Shown piece after piece: positions 1-12,695 of a stretch of DNA of 64,000 nt. This stretch comes from Felis catus (taxonomy: Eukaryota): assembly GCF_018350175.1 (NCBI RefSeq), contig NC_058368.1, positions 41,914,001 through 41,978,000 on the forward strand, given 5' to 3'. Position numbers and translations under genes: made by a program. The number at the start of each line of letters is the position of its first letter. Within the stretch, counting starts at the first letter, position 1. The notes under the pieces were generated by a model. The model made no database searches and was not told the origin of the DNA. It saw nothing but the letters and a program-made list of their open reading frames with translations.

Positions 1-857
1 TGGACTTGCAGGTTCCCCTTGTTTTCTGTTCACTCTTCTCCCCTCACAAAAGTACAGCAGACAATTTTGAAAAGTTCTGTCTCAAGGTATCTCTCAGGAT
101 TATAAGTGGTGGAGCCAGGACCCAACAGCTACACTGAACTACGAGTTATTAATATGCATCATTATTTCTATATCTTCAATGAAAGCATTTTTCTTAACAA
201 AACTATTGAGTGTTTTGCATTTTAATGGGCCTCGTTTAAAAAAAATACATGCATTGCCATGCTGTTCAGGGATTTAATAATTTTGTTTTTGTTTTCCACT
301 TATAAAGCAGCCAAGTCCTGAATTGCGTACTTTGATTTGAAAGGCATATTTTTAACATCTTTACATTACATCCTCTACTTACAGACTAGCTGTGTTTGAA
401 TTTTTAAGAGGATGAAATGTATGCAAAAGTAGACCTTTCAGATGACCCCTGAAATTTCTCATCAGAGTGCTGTTAAATTTTTGTTAGCTATAAACAACTA
501 GGTGAAATTTGGAAGCCAAGAAATTTGTTGTGGCAATGCTTCCTTTACTTACTAAAGAAAACCACTCTTTCCAATAAACATGCAGGATAAATGGTGTCAA
601 TGAGGCCTGAAATTGTGATGAGCTTTGAACGTTCCAATGCTCCTCTCAGGATTAATATCCAGAAAGATTCTGATATTAAATCTGTCGCGTCGCAATTCCT
701 GAAGTATTTATGTAACATACAATCACTGTAAATTGGAGTACTGTTCTGAATAAATATGAAAATGCTTACATTATTTGCATTGTTGTTGTTTTTCATTGTA
801 TATATACAATATAGGATAGTGTCCTATTGAATTTCATTGACTCTAAATCCCTATAAA

Positions 858-1053
858 CTTGAATTGGAATTTTTATTCCTCCATTTACTAGCTGCATGCT
901 CTGGGGCATATGATTTAACCTCCTCGGGTATTAACTGCCTCATCTCTAAAATGCAGATAAGAAGATCACACATGCTCATAGCCTTCTTAGGAGAATTAAA
1001 TGAGATCATGAACGCCAAGTACTTGTACAGCTTCTGCCACAGTTGTAACTGCT
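858..1053 (+). mobile_element. MIR SINE (degenerate)
   Basis: MIR core-like text: 'ccatttactagctg...tttaacctc...cctcatctctaaaatgcagataag...ggagaattaaatgagatcatg'. Confidence 0.7.
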
Positions 1054-1440
1054 TTGTCACTGCTCCGTGGATGACGGTAGAGGTGGCCGTGGTATAGACT
1101 GGTCAAGTTATCATAACTGATGGGTCTTACCTACGTTTGATAACTTTTTAGCTCCACTCCATTTTGAAAAGAAATGCAGGGGCAAGTTTGCCATGAAGTT
1201 CACGAAGCTTAACTTTTAGGGATTCTCCCTTGTATAGGTCTCTTTCTAATTCACACTTACAAATATCCACATTTATAATTTTAGATACTATCTTTAAAAA
1301 GGGTCCCACGACTTTTATGGTATTTAGGGCTGGATCCATGGCTGCCTACTTTTTGACTGAGCTTTTAGTGAAACAGAAAACAGTGTAATTTATCCAACAA
1401 AAATCTATATATAGATACATTAAGAACTAGATGTATATAA

Positions 1441-1634
1441 GAGTACGTGGGTGGCTGAGTCGGTTAATCATCCTACTCTTGATTTGGATTCAAGTCATAA
1501 TCTCATGGTTTGTGGGTTCCAGCCCTGAATCAGGCTCCATGCGATCAGGACAGCTCCTGCTTGGGATTCTCTCTCTCCCTTTCTTCCCGTCCCCCACTCT
1601 CTCTCTCAAAGTAAATAAATTAATTTAAAAAAAA
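1441..1634 (+). mobile_element. CAN-SINE (older carnivore/feliform type)
   Basis: tRNA-like head 'gggtggctgagtcggttaa', CT-rich tract and A tail; TSD aagaactagatgtatataa (1422-1440) / aagaattagatgcatacaa (1867-1885). Confidence 0.9.
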
Positions 1635-1641
1635 AGAATTA

Positions 1642-1863
1642 GGGGCGCGTGGGTGGCTCAGTCAGTAAAGCGTCTGACTTCGGTTCAGGTTATGATCTCA
1701 CGGTTTGTGAGTTCCAGCCCTGCATTGGGCCGTGCGCTGACAGCTCATGAAGGCTGTTTTGGATTTCTGTGTCTCCCCCCTTCTCTGCCCCCTCCCCGGC
1801 TCGTTTTCTCTCTCTGTCTCTCTGTCTCTCTCAAAAATAAATAAATGTTAAAAAAATTAAAGG
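1642..1863 (+). mobile_element. CAN-SINE (SINEC_Fc type) inserted in the 3' TSD of the previous SINE
   Basis: Head ggggcgcgtgggtggctcagtc, (CT)n, aataaataaa tail; TSD aaaaagaatta at 1631-1641 and 1864-1874. Confidence 0.95.
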
Positions 1864-2346
1864 AAAAAGAATTAGATGCATACAATGAGAATGATTCATA
1901 GAAAAGAGGCATTACTCATTGCCAAATGGATTTTATCAATCGTGTATAAAGACTTGTACTTGATAACATCTATGTGGCATTTAAACAACTTTATTTCACG
2001 TTCTCTTTGAGAAATCAGAATGCACAAAATATCAAGTGAGAATAGGCTCTGAGAGTTACCAGACAGTATTTCAAAGGAGGGGAATGAAGATATTTCACAC
2101 TGTCTGTGGTCCTAGCTGGATCTCTACAATTTCCATTGATGCTGTGAAAATCTATCCCCATGAATTTATAGGCTTGCCTGTATTATTTGAGAAGTTTTAA
2201 AGAACACATACACATATACACACATGCACATACACACAGTCTTTACTTTTACAAAAAAATAAGAAAAAATATTATTTCATATTGGATGTTGTTTATGTGA
2301 TGAAAAGTCCCCTGAAATTTAAGCTGTAGGAATATTAACTCTAGCA

Positions 2347-2403
2347 AACACACACACCCACACTCACAAACACACACACACAGACACACACACACACACA
2401 CAC
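2347..2403. repeat. (CA)n microsatellite, imperfect
   Basis: Visible directly in the sequence. Confidence 0.95.
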
Positions 2404-5400
2404 TCCCCCATATACTACTATAAAAACAGACGAATTTATTTTCTGTTTGTCTATAAACAGATTTTATATCTGGGAATTCAATTCCCTTTTTTTGCATTTT
2501 AGTATTATTCTCATCAACAGCAAATGAAAACTCTTACAAATTGTCTGCCATGGTTTATGTATATTCTTTAAAAATAATAATCTACTTTAAAAACATAAAA
2601 TAAAGCCTCATGTTTTATTATGTATCTAAGGTGTTAGAATACTTTCCCCTCCATTTCCTTAAAATGACCCATCCCTAAATAGTGCTACCTTTTACATAAT
2701 TTCATCCATCTGCTAGCAGTGTTCTTATGCCCTTGTTCTCTACTGAAGACAAAAGAAGACAAAAACTACAGGCCCATCAATCAAAAACAACACAGTCAGC
2801 ACCAAGTCCAATAATGAAAACCATGATTTCATAAATCATCTTCTACAGGTTGGGGTCATCTTTAAAGAAAAAAAAATCTTATCAGGTGCAGCTGAATATT
2901 CTCATGGTCTCTCATTCTTCAGTCTTTAATGAAAACAATAGAATGGCTGACAGAATACAAGTGTGTAACCTTTCTTAACTTGAAAAAAAAAAAAAAAAAA
3001 AAAACGCCCTGACTGTGCCCTTGAAATAAGTTGTAGTCAGATATTTTTCCCTCAAAAGGTCCATCCATTCTTTAACAGTTTGGCAATGAGATAACTTTTT
3101 TTTTTTTCCCTCTTCTTACTCTCTTTTCAGATATGTGTGTTTAATTCAATCAAGTGGAGATTAAATTTAAGAACTCCTTTTCAGAAAGCTATTTCCTGGC
3201 AATAACTAGCACTAACAGCAGAAGGAGGTTTGACATGGCATTTTTGTTTTAGCTGAATCAACAACTCTTGGGTAAATTCCTTTCTATGACCCCAAGCCCA
3301 CATCCACATATTAGGAAGTAAAATAAGCAGCTGGTAATCACTAGGTGGATTCGGACTGAGCGGAGATTTATCTCTTTAAAAATACGGACTCTGTATTTGC
3401 AAACCTGGTTAAATAGGTCTGAGTAAAATAAAGTTTGATTCGGCATACACAGTACTGTATACTTAATCAAAGTTCTCAAATTGATCTTGCTAAGACATTG
3501 CTGCCTGGCATATCCCAAGTTCCTAAATGTGATTCAATAAAATCTATGTTTTTGGACTTGAATTAGCCACATTTACTGGGACATTCACCTTGTTCAAAGA
3601 TCTAGACCCGGTTTGTACAATATAAAATGCATTTAGTAGTGGGACTGAGACATGGTGCAGGGTATTTCTTCATATGTAGACAGAGAATGGCAGCGTGCCT
3701 AAAAAATTAATTGTGTGAGTGTAAAAATTAATGAATGGGAAAATGAGGTAGAAACAATGAAGACAGACATGCAAAACTGGTTTCTGAGTATCAGAAGGAG
3801 ATGCCTTAGGCAACAGATTACATTAAGGTTTTCTCAAGTATATTATATAGAATTCAGAAATTCAATGCAGAAAATTTCTTCTCCAGGTGTGCTTATGTGG
3901 CTGACATAAGAAAACCAGTTGATTTAGCAAGTTTCCATTGTCTTATTTAGTAAGCATTCTGGAAATCTCTATTCAGAAGAGGTTGCTATTTACAGGCATT
4001 TTGAATTCTTACCAATTTTCTGCCTGCTACATAATGTAAAAGCAATGAATGGCTACACTGCATTGTTCACACTTTCAACTATATGTGATTATCTGGTCCA
4101 CTGGTCTACTGTAGTGTATTTCTGAAATGAATTGAAGATAAACCTGTAATAGTCCATTTCACACAGAGACATTTGTCTCAGTTTAAATTCAGGGCCCAAA
4201 TATCTACTTATTTCCATTCTGTTTTATAAGTACAGTGTTTTCATCATCATAAAACTATATTAGCTTCCTGATTATACCTGGAATTCTGCAAGTTCTGTGA
4301 GAGAGCTACCAATCTCATTCCCAGTTCTTTAGTATCCCCACTCGAAAATGAGTAACACAGTTACTGAAGAAAAGGGCTGAAGATTCAGAAAGGATTTATG
4401 GAGAGTTTCCCTCTAGATAATGCATGATTTCCAGCTTTGTATAAATAAATGTATTTATTTGTATTACCAAGGTACTCATATTAACCTTGTTCTGCTCACA
4501 TGAGCACAATATATTATATTTGAGTAAGAAATCAAAATATGATTGATGGCTAAACAAATTCAAGTTTATAATTATTCAACAAATTAGAGAGAGAGAGAGA
4601 GTTATTAATACGTTCAGTAACTGTATTTTAGTAACTTCAGCTAATCAAATTTCTTGTCATTAAAGTGTTCTTAAGGTAATCTCGTTTCTAAAATAAAAGT
4701 TATAAAAGGATAAATGCATGATATCATCTAGGTAAATTTTAAAATAAGAAAAAATATCATATATTGCTTGGGGAATACCTACTTATTTAGAAAAATCATA
4801 AAACCACACATATATGGAAAGACATTCCTGGGTAGAAAGAAAGAGAGAGAATGTTCTTTCCATAAGGTTTTATTTCTTTCATAAAAAATTAAGCAAACAG
4901 AAGCAAGGATAGTAAAATGTTAATATCTGTTAAGTCCAGGTAGTGAGTACATAAGCATTTCATTTTTCCCTATATTGGAAATCTTTCATAATCAAAAAAG
5001 GAAAAATTAAAAATATCCTTTAGCTTAAACACAAATGAGTAGTAAAATTGATGGAAGATAATGGATAATGTAGAGGCGTTCTATACAAGTTTTGCACAAA
5101 AGCGAATTTATTGCTGTTATTTTCTCCAATTCTTGGTAAAACAAATTTATAATCCCTCCTATAACGAATTTCAAATTTGTAAGCAATAAAAGTTTCTTTG
5201 AGAACACAAAATTAGGGTACAAAAAGAGATTGCTTTTCTCTATGTATAGGAATGACCTCATATAAATTAAACCTACTGACTGTGTCGTACTATTCTTGAT
5301 TTAGCCTTAAAATCAGTTACACTTTTGAGGAATCTACGTTGTTTTTCTGTTTTCATACAAAGGAGGATGACTCTAACGTTAATTTCTAAGTTTACAGTGT

Positions 5401-5920
5401 AACATTTTCCTCCCATGACCACTGGTTTTTGGTTTTGTTCTTTTTGAACATGAAATATTTTTTAAAGAATTTTTCTGAATATCATTTGAAATACATCAGT
5501 TTTAGAAGAAAATATTGGCCCACATAACGTTGCTTTCTTTGTTAACTCTCATCAACGTGAAAGTAGTAGAAACTAGTATAATAGCCCAAGGTAATTTTAT
5601 TTTCCTCAGTACAATTCAATAGATAAAACATATATTAACTTTATAAAGCAAAAGTCTGCAAAATATACACAATATTCAATGGATACAATTTGCAAAAATA
5701 TTCAGAGTTATGAATATAGTAGCTTAAGATGATATAAAGACCTTCAAGAGAACTACCGAATATCTGCAATATCCTAGAAGGTAATCATAATCCTATAAGG
5801 TGTGCTTCTTTTGTTTTTCTATAATTCTCTGTAAAGGCGAAAAGGCCAACATGGTATCCTAAGCCTTTCATATTTGCTCGCAAGTATTTATTAATAACAT
5901 TTTAAAAACATACCCTAACA

Positions 5921-6148
5921 GGGGCACCTGGGTGGCTCAGTCGGTTAAGCATCCTACTCTTGATTTAGGCTCAGGTCATGATGTCAGAGTTTGTGAGCTG
6001 GAGCCCTGTGTCAGGCTCTGTGCTGACAATGTGGAGCCTGCTTGGGATTCTCTTTCTCTGCCCCTTGCTTGCTTTCTCTCTCTCTCTCTCTCAAAAATAC
6101 ATAAATAAACATTTTTTAAAAATAAATAAATAATAAATTAAAATAAAT
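5921..6148 (+). mobile_element. CAN-SINE
   Basis: Head ggggcacctgggtggctcagtcggttaagc; TSD aaaaacatacc(c/t)taaca on both sides. Confidence 0.95.
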
Positions 6149-6442
6149 AAAAACATACCTTAACATATGTTCCAAACTGGAAAAATTCTAAAAAAAAAAG
6201 TATTTATGAAGGTGGAGTAGGAAGACATTCCAACATGGCTTAACATATTTCCATATATACTTTGTCAGCAATTCAGTACTTTAATTAACGGATCCCGTTA
6301 TTGTCAGAGGCTATTTGATACTTTATTTGACCGCATACCTCAAGGTGACAAGATACCACCCTCCTAAAACTATTTATTCTCAACATACACATACACACAC
6401 TGTGTGCATGTGCCTGCCATTTTATCTATTCAGGACACAGTC

Positions 6443-6520
6443 TTTTTTTTTTTTTTATGTTTATTTAGTTTGAAAGAGAGAAAGAGAGGGGGAGGGCGGG
6501 AGAGAGAACAAGTGGGTAGG

Positions 6521-6556
<36 letters not shown>

Positions 6557-6676
6557 CTCAATCAGGCCCTGCGCTGTCAGGGCAGAGCCTGACATGGGGC
6601 TGGATCCCACAAACCATGAGATCATGACCTAAGCCAAAATCAAGAGTCAAAATAAATGCAGCCACCCAGATGCCGC
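6443..6676 (-). mobile_element. CAN-SINE
   Basis: Poly-T, (GA)n, 'gagatcatgacc...gccacccagatgcc'; degenerate TSD ta(t/c)tcaggaca. Confidence 0.92.
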
Positions 6677-6824
6677 ATACTCAGGACATGTTCTAATTCA
6701 CCTTCCTTATTAAAGCCTTTGGCAGCTATCTGCTTACTTAAGGATCTCTATTCCCTTAAATTCAAAACACATCCGTAGTCAGTGTCCCATGGTTTGGAAC
6801 TAAGTTCAATGCTATTTTCTGTAA

Positions 6825-7002
6825 CAGGGGTTTGCAAACTAGTACCACAGTCCAAATCCAGCCATGCCATTTGTTTAGTATTGTCTATGGTGTCTTTCCT
6901 TCTACAGTGGTAGGACTGAGTAGCTGCCAATGAAGCCTTTTATGACCAGGAAAGCCTAAAACATTTGCCATCCGGCCTTTACTGAAAGTTTGCTAACTCC
7001 TG
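6825..7002 (+). mobile_element. MER58A-like non-autonomous hAT-Charlie DNA transposon with internal deletion
   Basis: Terminal inverted repeats caggggtttgcaaact ... agtttgctaactcctg; internal 'tattgtctatgg' and 'aaagcctaaaacattt' match MER58A as I recall it. Confidence 0.85.
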
Positions 7003-7130
7003 GTAAACTATGTTTAATATAGAATAGAACATAAAAAATATGTAACTGTATTTTTCCAACATTCTTTAATTTCAGTAAGTATATTTGTCTAACAAAAATG
7101 TAATATACTTGAGATTAAGAATAATTTTTT

Positions 7131-7350
7131 TTTTAATTTTTTTTTTTTCAACATTTATTTATTTTTGGGACAGAGAGAGACAGAGCGTGAACAGGGGAGG
7201 GGCAGAGAGAGAGGGAGACACAGAATCGGAAACAGGCTCCAGGCTCCGAGCCATCAGCCCAGAGCCTGACGCGGGGCTCGAACTCACGGACCGCGAGATC
7301 GTGACCTGGCTGAATCGGACGCTTAACCGACTGCGCCACCCAGGCGCCCC
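7131..7350 (-). mobile_element. Very young feline CAN-SINE (SINEC_Fc)
   Basis: Many CpGs intact; perfect 14-bp TSD aagaataatttttt (7117-7130 / 7351-7364). Confidence 0.97.
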
Positions 7351-7653
7351 AAGAATAATTTTTTAAAACTTGTATTTTGAGTGTGACCTCAAAGTACCTC
7401 ATGCAGCTCAGGGGACATATTGGACACTTGATACCTAATTGATTTATTAAATCATTGTAGAGCAAGAAATCCAATTATGGCATAAACCACATTTCCTCTA
7501 AGCTTGATCCCTTTATCTAGTGAGATCACCAGAGTACTACATAACTGGGCTGCGTAACTGTAGGATTAAAGATAGCTTTGAGGACCTTTGACAATAATTA
7601 TGCTTTTAGCTTTTCCAATGAAACAGGCATCCTTGGAAGTCTCTGTAATTTAA

Positions 7654-7696
<43 letters not shown>
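7654..7696. repeat. (AAT)n microsatellite
   Basis: Perfect AAT run. Confidence 0.97.
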
Positions 7697-9049
7697 GGCA
7701 ACAAGGACAACATCCACTATGTTCTTCAAAGCTTCTTTTAAAAGCTCATGTTGAAATACTTCCCAGAATTCAACATTAAAGAAAAGTATGTGTTTCCTAA
7801 TGAACTGCTATGCTTCCCTTTATTAAACAATGACTGCTACCCAATCCACTGTCCTTCCCTTTTAAAATTGGCCTTCTGCAAACCCAGAGCTAATATTAAA
7901 GCTCAATTTAGTAGCTACTTTTACATTTTCCTTCCTGTCATGCTCTCCACACTTTTGCACTCCACTCTTCTGATACATAATTCCTGTTTTTCTTCTTTTT
8001 AATATTTTATACTTAAAAAATTATGTACAATAAAATCATATTGGAAGTAGACATGACAAAAAATTATGAATGAATTCATGAATAATTAGGTGAATAAAGG
8101 AGTGGATAAATACATTCCAGATTATGGCATTCATTATTCCCAATGAGATAAACTGGCAAATTCTATCCAATCCTAATTTCCTATATCATCAAAACAAAGT
8201 CACAATAGAATAATACCTTTAAAAATTTCAGTAGTAAAATCTAGAAACAATAGCTGATTTCTGACTCTAAGTTAGGAAAAATCTTCTCCCAAATAAAAAC
8301 TAGATTTAAGTATTAATCTAATCTGATATTATCTAATCTGTCTAAAATGTTTCCTTATATATTAAATATTAATTAATATTACGGAGATAGACCCCTGTAT
8401 GTACAAGACTGGGGCTGTTAAGCAGACATTAAATGGTACACTTTGAGGTATTCAAAATTTATGTTAGTTTACTTACATCAAGGGTGAGAAGTTAGTCACC
8501 TCAAAGCAGATAATTGGTTCATGAGGAAACACCTGAAGGTTGTAAATTTAGGAGGAATATGAATTTATTTGAATGAAAGTTTTGACTCGCCGTACTCTAA
8601 AAGCCTTGTTCTATGGTGTTGTTGAGTTGGTGGGAGGCCCAGGGGAAGAAGAGCAAGAGAATTCAAGGAGAGGTCAATCCATTTTTACAAAGAATTTTAA
8701 AACATTTAAGGTAAGAGGGACCAGAACCCTAACCCATTATTTGAAATCAGGGCAAGTGTCTTTACTAGAAGAAATTAAAGAACCCAGTGGTCCCAACAGA
8801 GGCCTAGAGGCAATCAGGGCAAAAAGATCTCTGAAGTAAAACTACTTGAAATAAAGGAAATTTTGTCTGGAGACCCAGACATAACAAAAACTTCTGTCAG
8901 AGTTCATGAGGAAATGCCTGTTTCTAGGCATAGTCTGTGTTTGAGGCTGGGAACCTCAGTGGACCCAGCCACTTGGGAGTAACATTGTGCTTTGGGAAAG
9001 CTGAGTGAGCATTTGAACTCCATGAACTTAGATGGGTTACTTCTGCTGC

Positions 9050-9150
9050 CAGTGCTTTGATATCCTATTTGGAAAGAAGGTGATGACAATAGTGTATTCC
9101 CCTTGGGGTTCTGTAAGGATTAAATAAGTTCATATATGTAAACCCTTTAA
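9050..9150 (+). mobile_element. MIR fragment
   Basis: 'ggggttctgtaaggattaaataagttcatatatgtaaa' resembles the MIR 3' half. Confidence 0.55.
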
Positions 9151-9310
9151 AAAAATCAGTTAGCTAATAACTCCTACATGAGTGAATGTGTATTATTGTA
9201 GCCAATCAGTACAACTGATTGGCTGAATTCACCATTAATTGGGTTACATATGTAACTGGTGACAGAAAAATGGGCAAAAGCTTTGCGATGATCAAACTGA
9301 CCATCAATGA

Positions 9311-9482
9311 GGAGTCAGAAGGACACTTTTTATAATCTCAGGCTTGTTTCTAATTAGCAGTATGTCCTTGAGTAAACCACTTACAGCTCTGAGACTTAAT
9401 TTCCATATCTGAAAGATAAAAAACGAGTTAGTCTAGAGAATCCCAAAGGTCCTTTTGGCCCTAAGATTTTATTAGTCTATGA
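9311..9482 (+). mobile_element. MIR/MIR3 SINE
   Basis: 'ggagtcagaagg...ccttgagtaaaccactt...ctctgagacttaatttccatatctgaaa...aaggtccttt...tctatga'. Confidence 0.65.
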
Positions 9483-12237
9483 ATCCTCTTCAGACCTTCA
9501 CTAGGCATTATGAAAGAAACAGACAAAACACAGGCTAGTTTGCTTCCCTACCAGAGGTTCCAATCCTGCTATGACTAAAGAGCCTTTTAATCCACATTTG
9601 CACGACACAATAACATTATCAATTATATAAACTTTGTTAAGAATTTTTCTAATTTTGCAGACTGAAGTGGCTTTAGGCCATTGCAAAACCTTGCATAAAC
9701 CAAGATGGCCGGGATTCAAAGGTTTGGAGCTTCTCTTTTTGAGTGAACAGTGGCAGTCTATTAAAACAGAATCTACACTTTCACATTTTACTGACAAGGG
9801 ATTACACTAAATAAAACTTTTTTGACTGACACATATTTCCTATTACTCAGATTGTCCTTTGCTGCCAAAGCAGCAACCCAAAGAGGTTCACGACAAAAAA
9901 GTGAGGAGGCCTTGTCCTCTCCTGACTATTAGCGATGACGAGAGGGAGCAACGTGTCTCCCAGCAGTCAGAGGCTATAGGGGTGTTTGTGACTTCACCTC
10001 TCTATGTCCTTTCTTCATCCTTAATACTATTATTTATTTTAGCATCTTTCCCCTTTAACTTCTTAAACTGATAAATACTAGTTAGTAAAATGCAGACTTC
10101 CCTGAATTTGTATTAAATGTGTATATAATGACTTTTCTCTCTCTCTCTCTCTCTCCCATTTAATTTGGAATTTATAATTGTCCTGAAATTCCTTAGGCCT
10201 TCTTTTCTGTTAATAAAAGAAATCAGTAATCTGAACATGAACTAAATACATTTAATTTTTTTTTCATTACTGTGTGTGGGAGATAATATCAGGTCAGAAA
10301 TTGCCAGGTATCGTGTGCTCCAGTGCTAGTCTTGCAATTGTCCTTCAGGTCACCTTGCAGTCCGGAAGCCACATGAAAACCTATGAGGCAAAGTCGTCTC
10401 CCTGGGACCACAAGCTTATTTTAATGCTCATTGCCCTAAGAATTCATCTATCAGGTATCTGATTATTTAGACAGTCTTTTTTAATGGCAGAATTTTTAGG
10501 TCCTGTGAATTGGCCTGATGAGTTCTTAACTCTGGACCTGTACTGTTTAGAACTAATAAAATCCACAACAGAAGCACCTCTGAACCCTAAATGGGGCATT
10601 TGCCTCACAGTAATTGAACCATATGATGTCTTGTACTTAGGTATCCTATGTCTTGATTCAAAACCAGTTTTAAAAGGGCCTGTTTCCATGACATCAGGAA
10701 ACCCTTGTCTTCCAGGATAGAGGAGAATGAAATGCTTCATGATTAATGACACTATCTAAATACTGGCACAAGCTGGCGAGCTCGTGCAAAGGAGGCGTGT
10801 TTCACTGCATTCTGCCCAACACAACAGCTCATTAAGCAATATTTTCCCCATTAATGTTTAGTATTAAACACTGAATGAAAGACTAAATATCATATGGAAA
10901 AACAAATTGAAAACAGCACAGTAGGGTTTAGGGTACTTGGCCAACAGCATCCCCTTCATTTGGAAGACAGCTTGCATACCTATTCCAAAGATTAATGAGC
11001 AATCAGTTCTAAATTAAACCAAGACCTGTATTTAAATCTTTTTTTTTCCTCAGTGGAAAGCATGACTATGTATTTCACTAACTGAGATAAAATACAGTAT
11101 TAGCCTTTCCATGTGTTGTGTAAAGTGGTTAGAAACATGAAAGATTGTTTCGGAAACATTTCCTTCACATTTTTTCATCATTTATTTTCCTGCACAATTT
11201 GAAAGGAAATGGGCCATGATGAGGTCAGTAGTTTCTGCCACATGATGTAGAATCTTGCTCTCTGTCAGTCACTCAAAACACAGTCACTTCTTTGAAGATG
11301 GAATAAGAAAACTGCTTTTATGAACATCATAGATCCTATCACAGGCGGCTAACATAGAATTTCAATTTTATAAAAACTGTCAAAAGAAACTACCTTTCAG
11401 TAGGAGCACTGATATTGTTATCATGAGTGAAAACAGGGAAGAGCCCGCTATATCACTCAGGCCTCTGGACACTTGTGGTATGCCATCGTGAGACATTTGT
11501 ATTAACAGAGAGACTTGGTTTAAGCCACAGTGTGACTGAATCCTCAAAATGCAAAACTGGTCCAAAAAGAATTACCTTAATTGGTGGGACTTGCTCTAGA
11601 AAAATTTGATATAGGAAACAATTCACAAAAACCACTCATTATTCAGGGATTTTTTTTTTAATACAGGTCTAAGTTTGTGACTGTGTGAAAGGGCTTGAAT
11701 GGACATATGTGAGCACACATACATTCGGCATTTTTAATACATTATTTTATTTGTGTGTATACATATATATACACACGTTTCTGGGGATGATCCAATAGCT
11801 AGCATTAGATTTTGAAAGAAAAAGTTGATACCAAACTTTTAAGAATTATTGCATAAGACAGTGTCTCCTATACCTTGTCTGTACTTCAAAAATTACCTAG
11901 GGAATGTTTTTAAATGTCAATAACAGAAACCTTTCTGAAGATGAATAAAATCAAAATATCAAGGAATAGGATCACAGCATGGAATTTCTTCTAACGCCTC
12001 AAACCTTAAAATAACACATAAGCAGAACAGACAATATATGCTATTAACATGGAAAATGGGAGCCTGATATAAATTTGAGTGACCAGAGAAGATCTTCTGG
12101 AAGAGATCTGACTAAGACATTAGCTGAGGATTGGGTAGCTTTTAGAATTAAGGAAAGAGATTAAGTAACTTCAATATGGATTAAGAAGGGTAATTTCACA
12201 GTTATTTAGAAATATAGCCTCATAACATAAGTATATC

Positions 12238-12695
12238 TGCAGGAGGTTGAATCATGGCTCCAAAAAGGTATGTTCACATCCAAATCTCTGGAATTGTGAG
12301 TGTGATTTCATTTGGGAAAAGGATCCCTGTAAATGAATTTAAGGATCTAGGCATGAGATCATCCTGGATTCTTCAGTTGGGACCTATATCCAGTGACAGG
12401 TGTCCTTAGAATGGACTCGCAGAGAGGAGAGACACATAGAAATAAGAAGAGGAAGCAATGTGACCATGAAGGTAGAGACTAGAGTAAGGCAGGCACAAGC
12501 CACAGAACATGTGCCTTCCCATAGAAACTGAAGATCCAAGGAATAAGATCTCTCCTAAAACTTCTAGAGTGCAGTAACTCCAGCACCTTGATTTCTAACT
12601 TCTGGCCTCTAAAAATAGGGAGGAGAAATTTCTGGTTTTCAAGTAACCAAGTCTGTGGTAATTTGTTACAGCAGCTACAAGAAACTCCTAAAACA
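12238..12695 (+). mobile_element. MaLR solo LTR (MLT1C/D-like)
   Basis: TG...CA ends; typical MLT1 motifs 'gagatcatcctggatt', 'caccttgatttctaacttctggcctc', 'gtggtaatttgttacagcag'. Confidence 0.88.

Noticed and set aside
545..796. Minus-strand ORF with a gtaagt donor at about 551
   Set aside because: Weak polypyrimidine tract at the acceptor, unrecognised peptide, and phase incompatible with the 16052-16212 candidate
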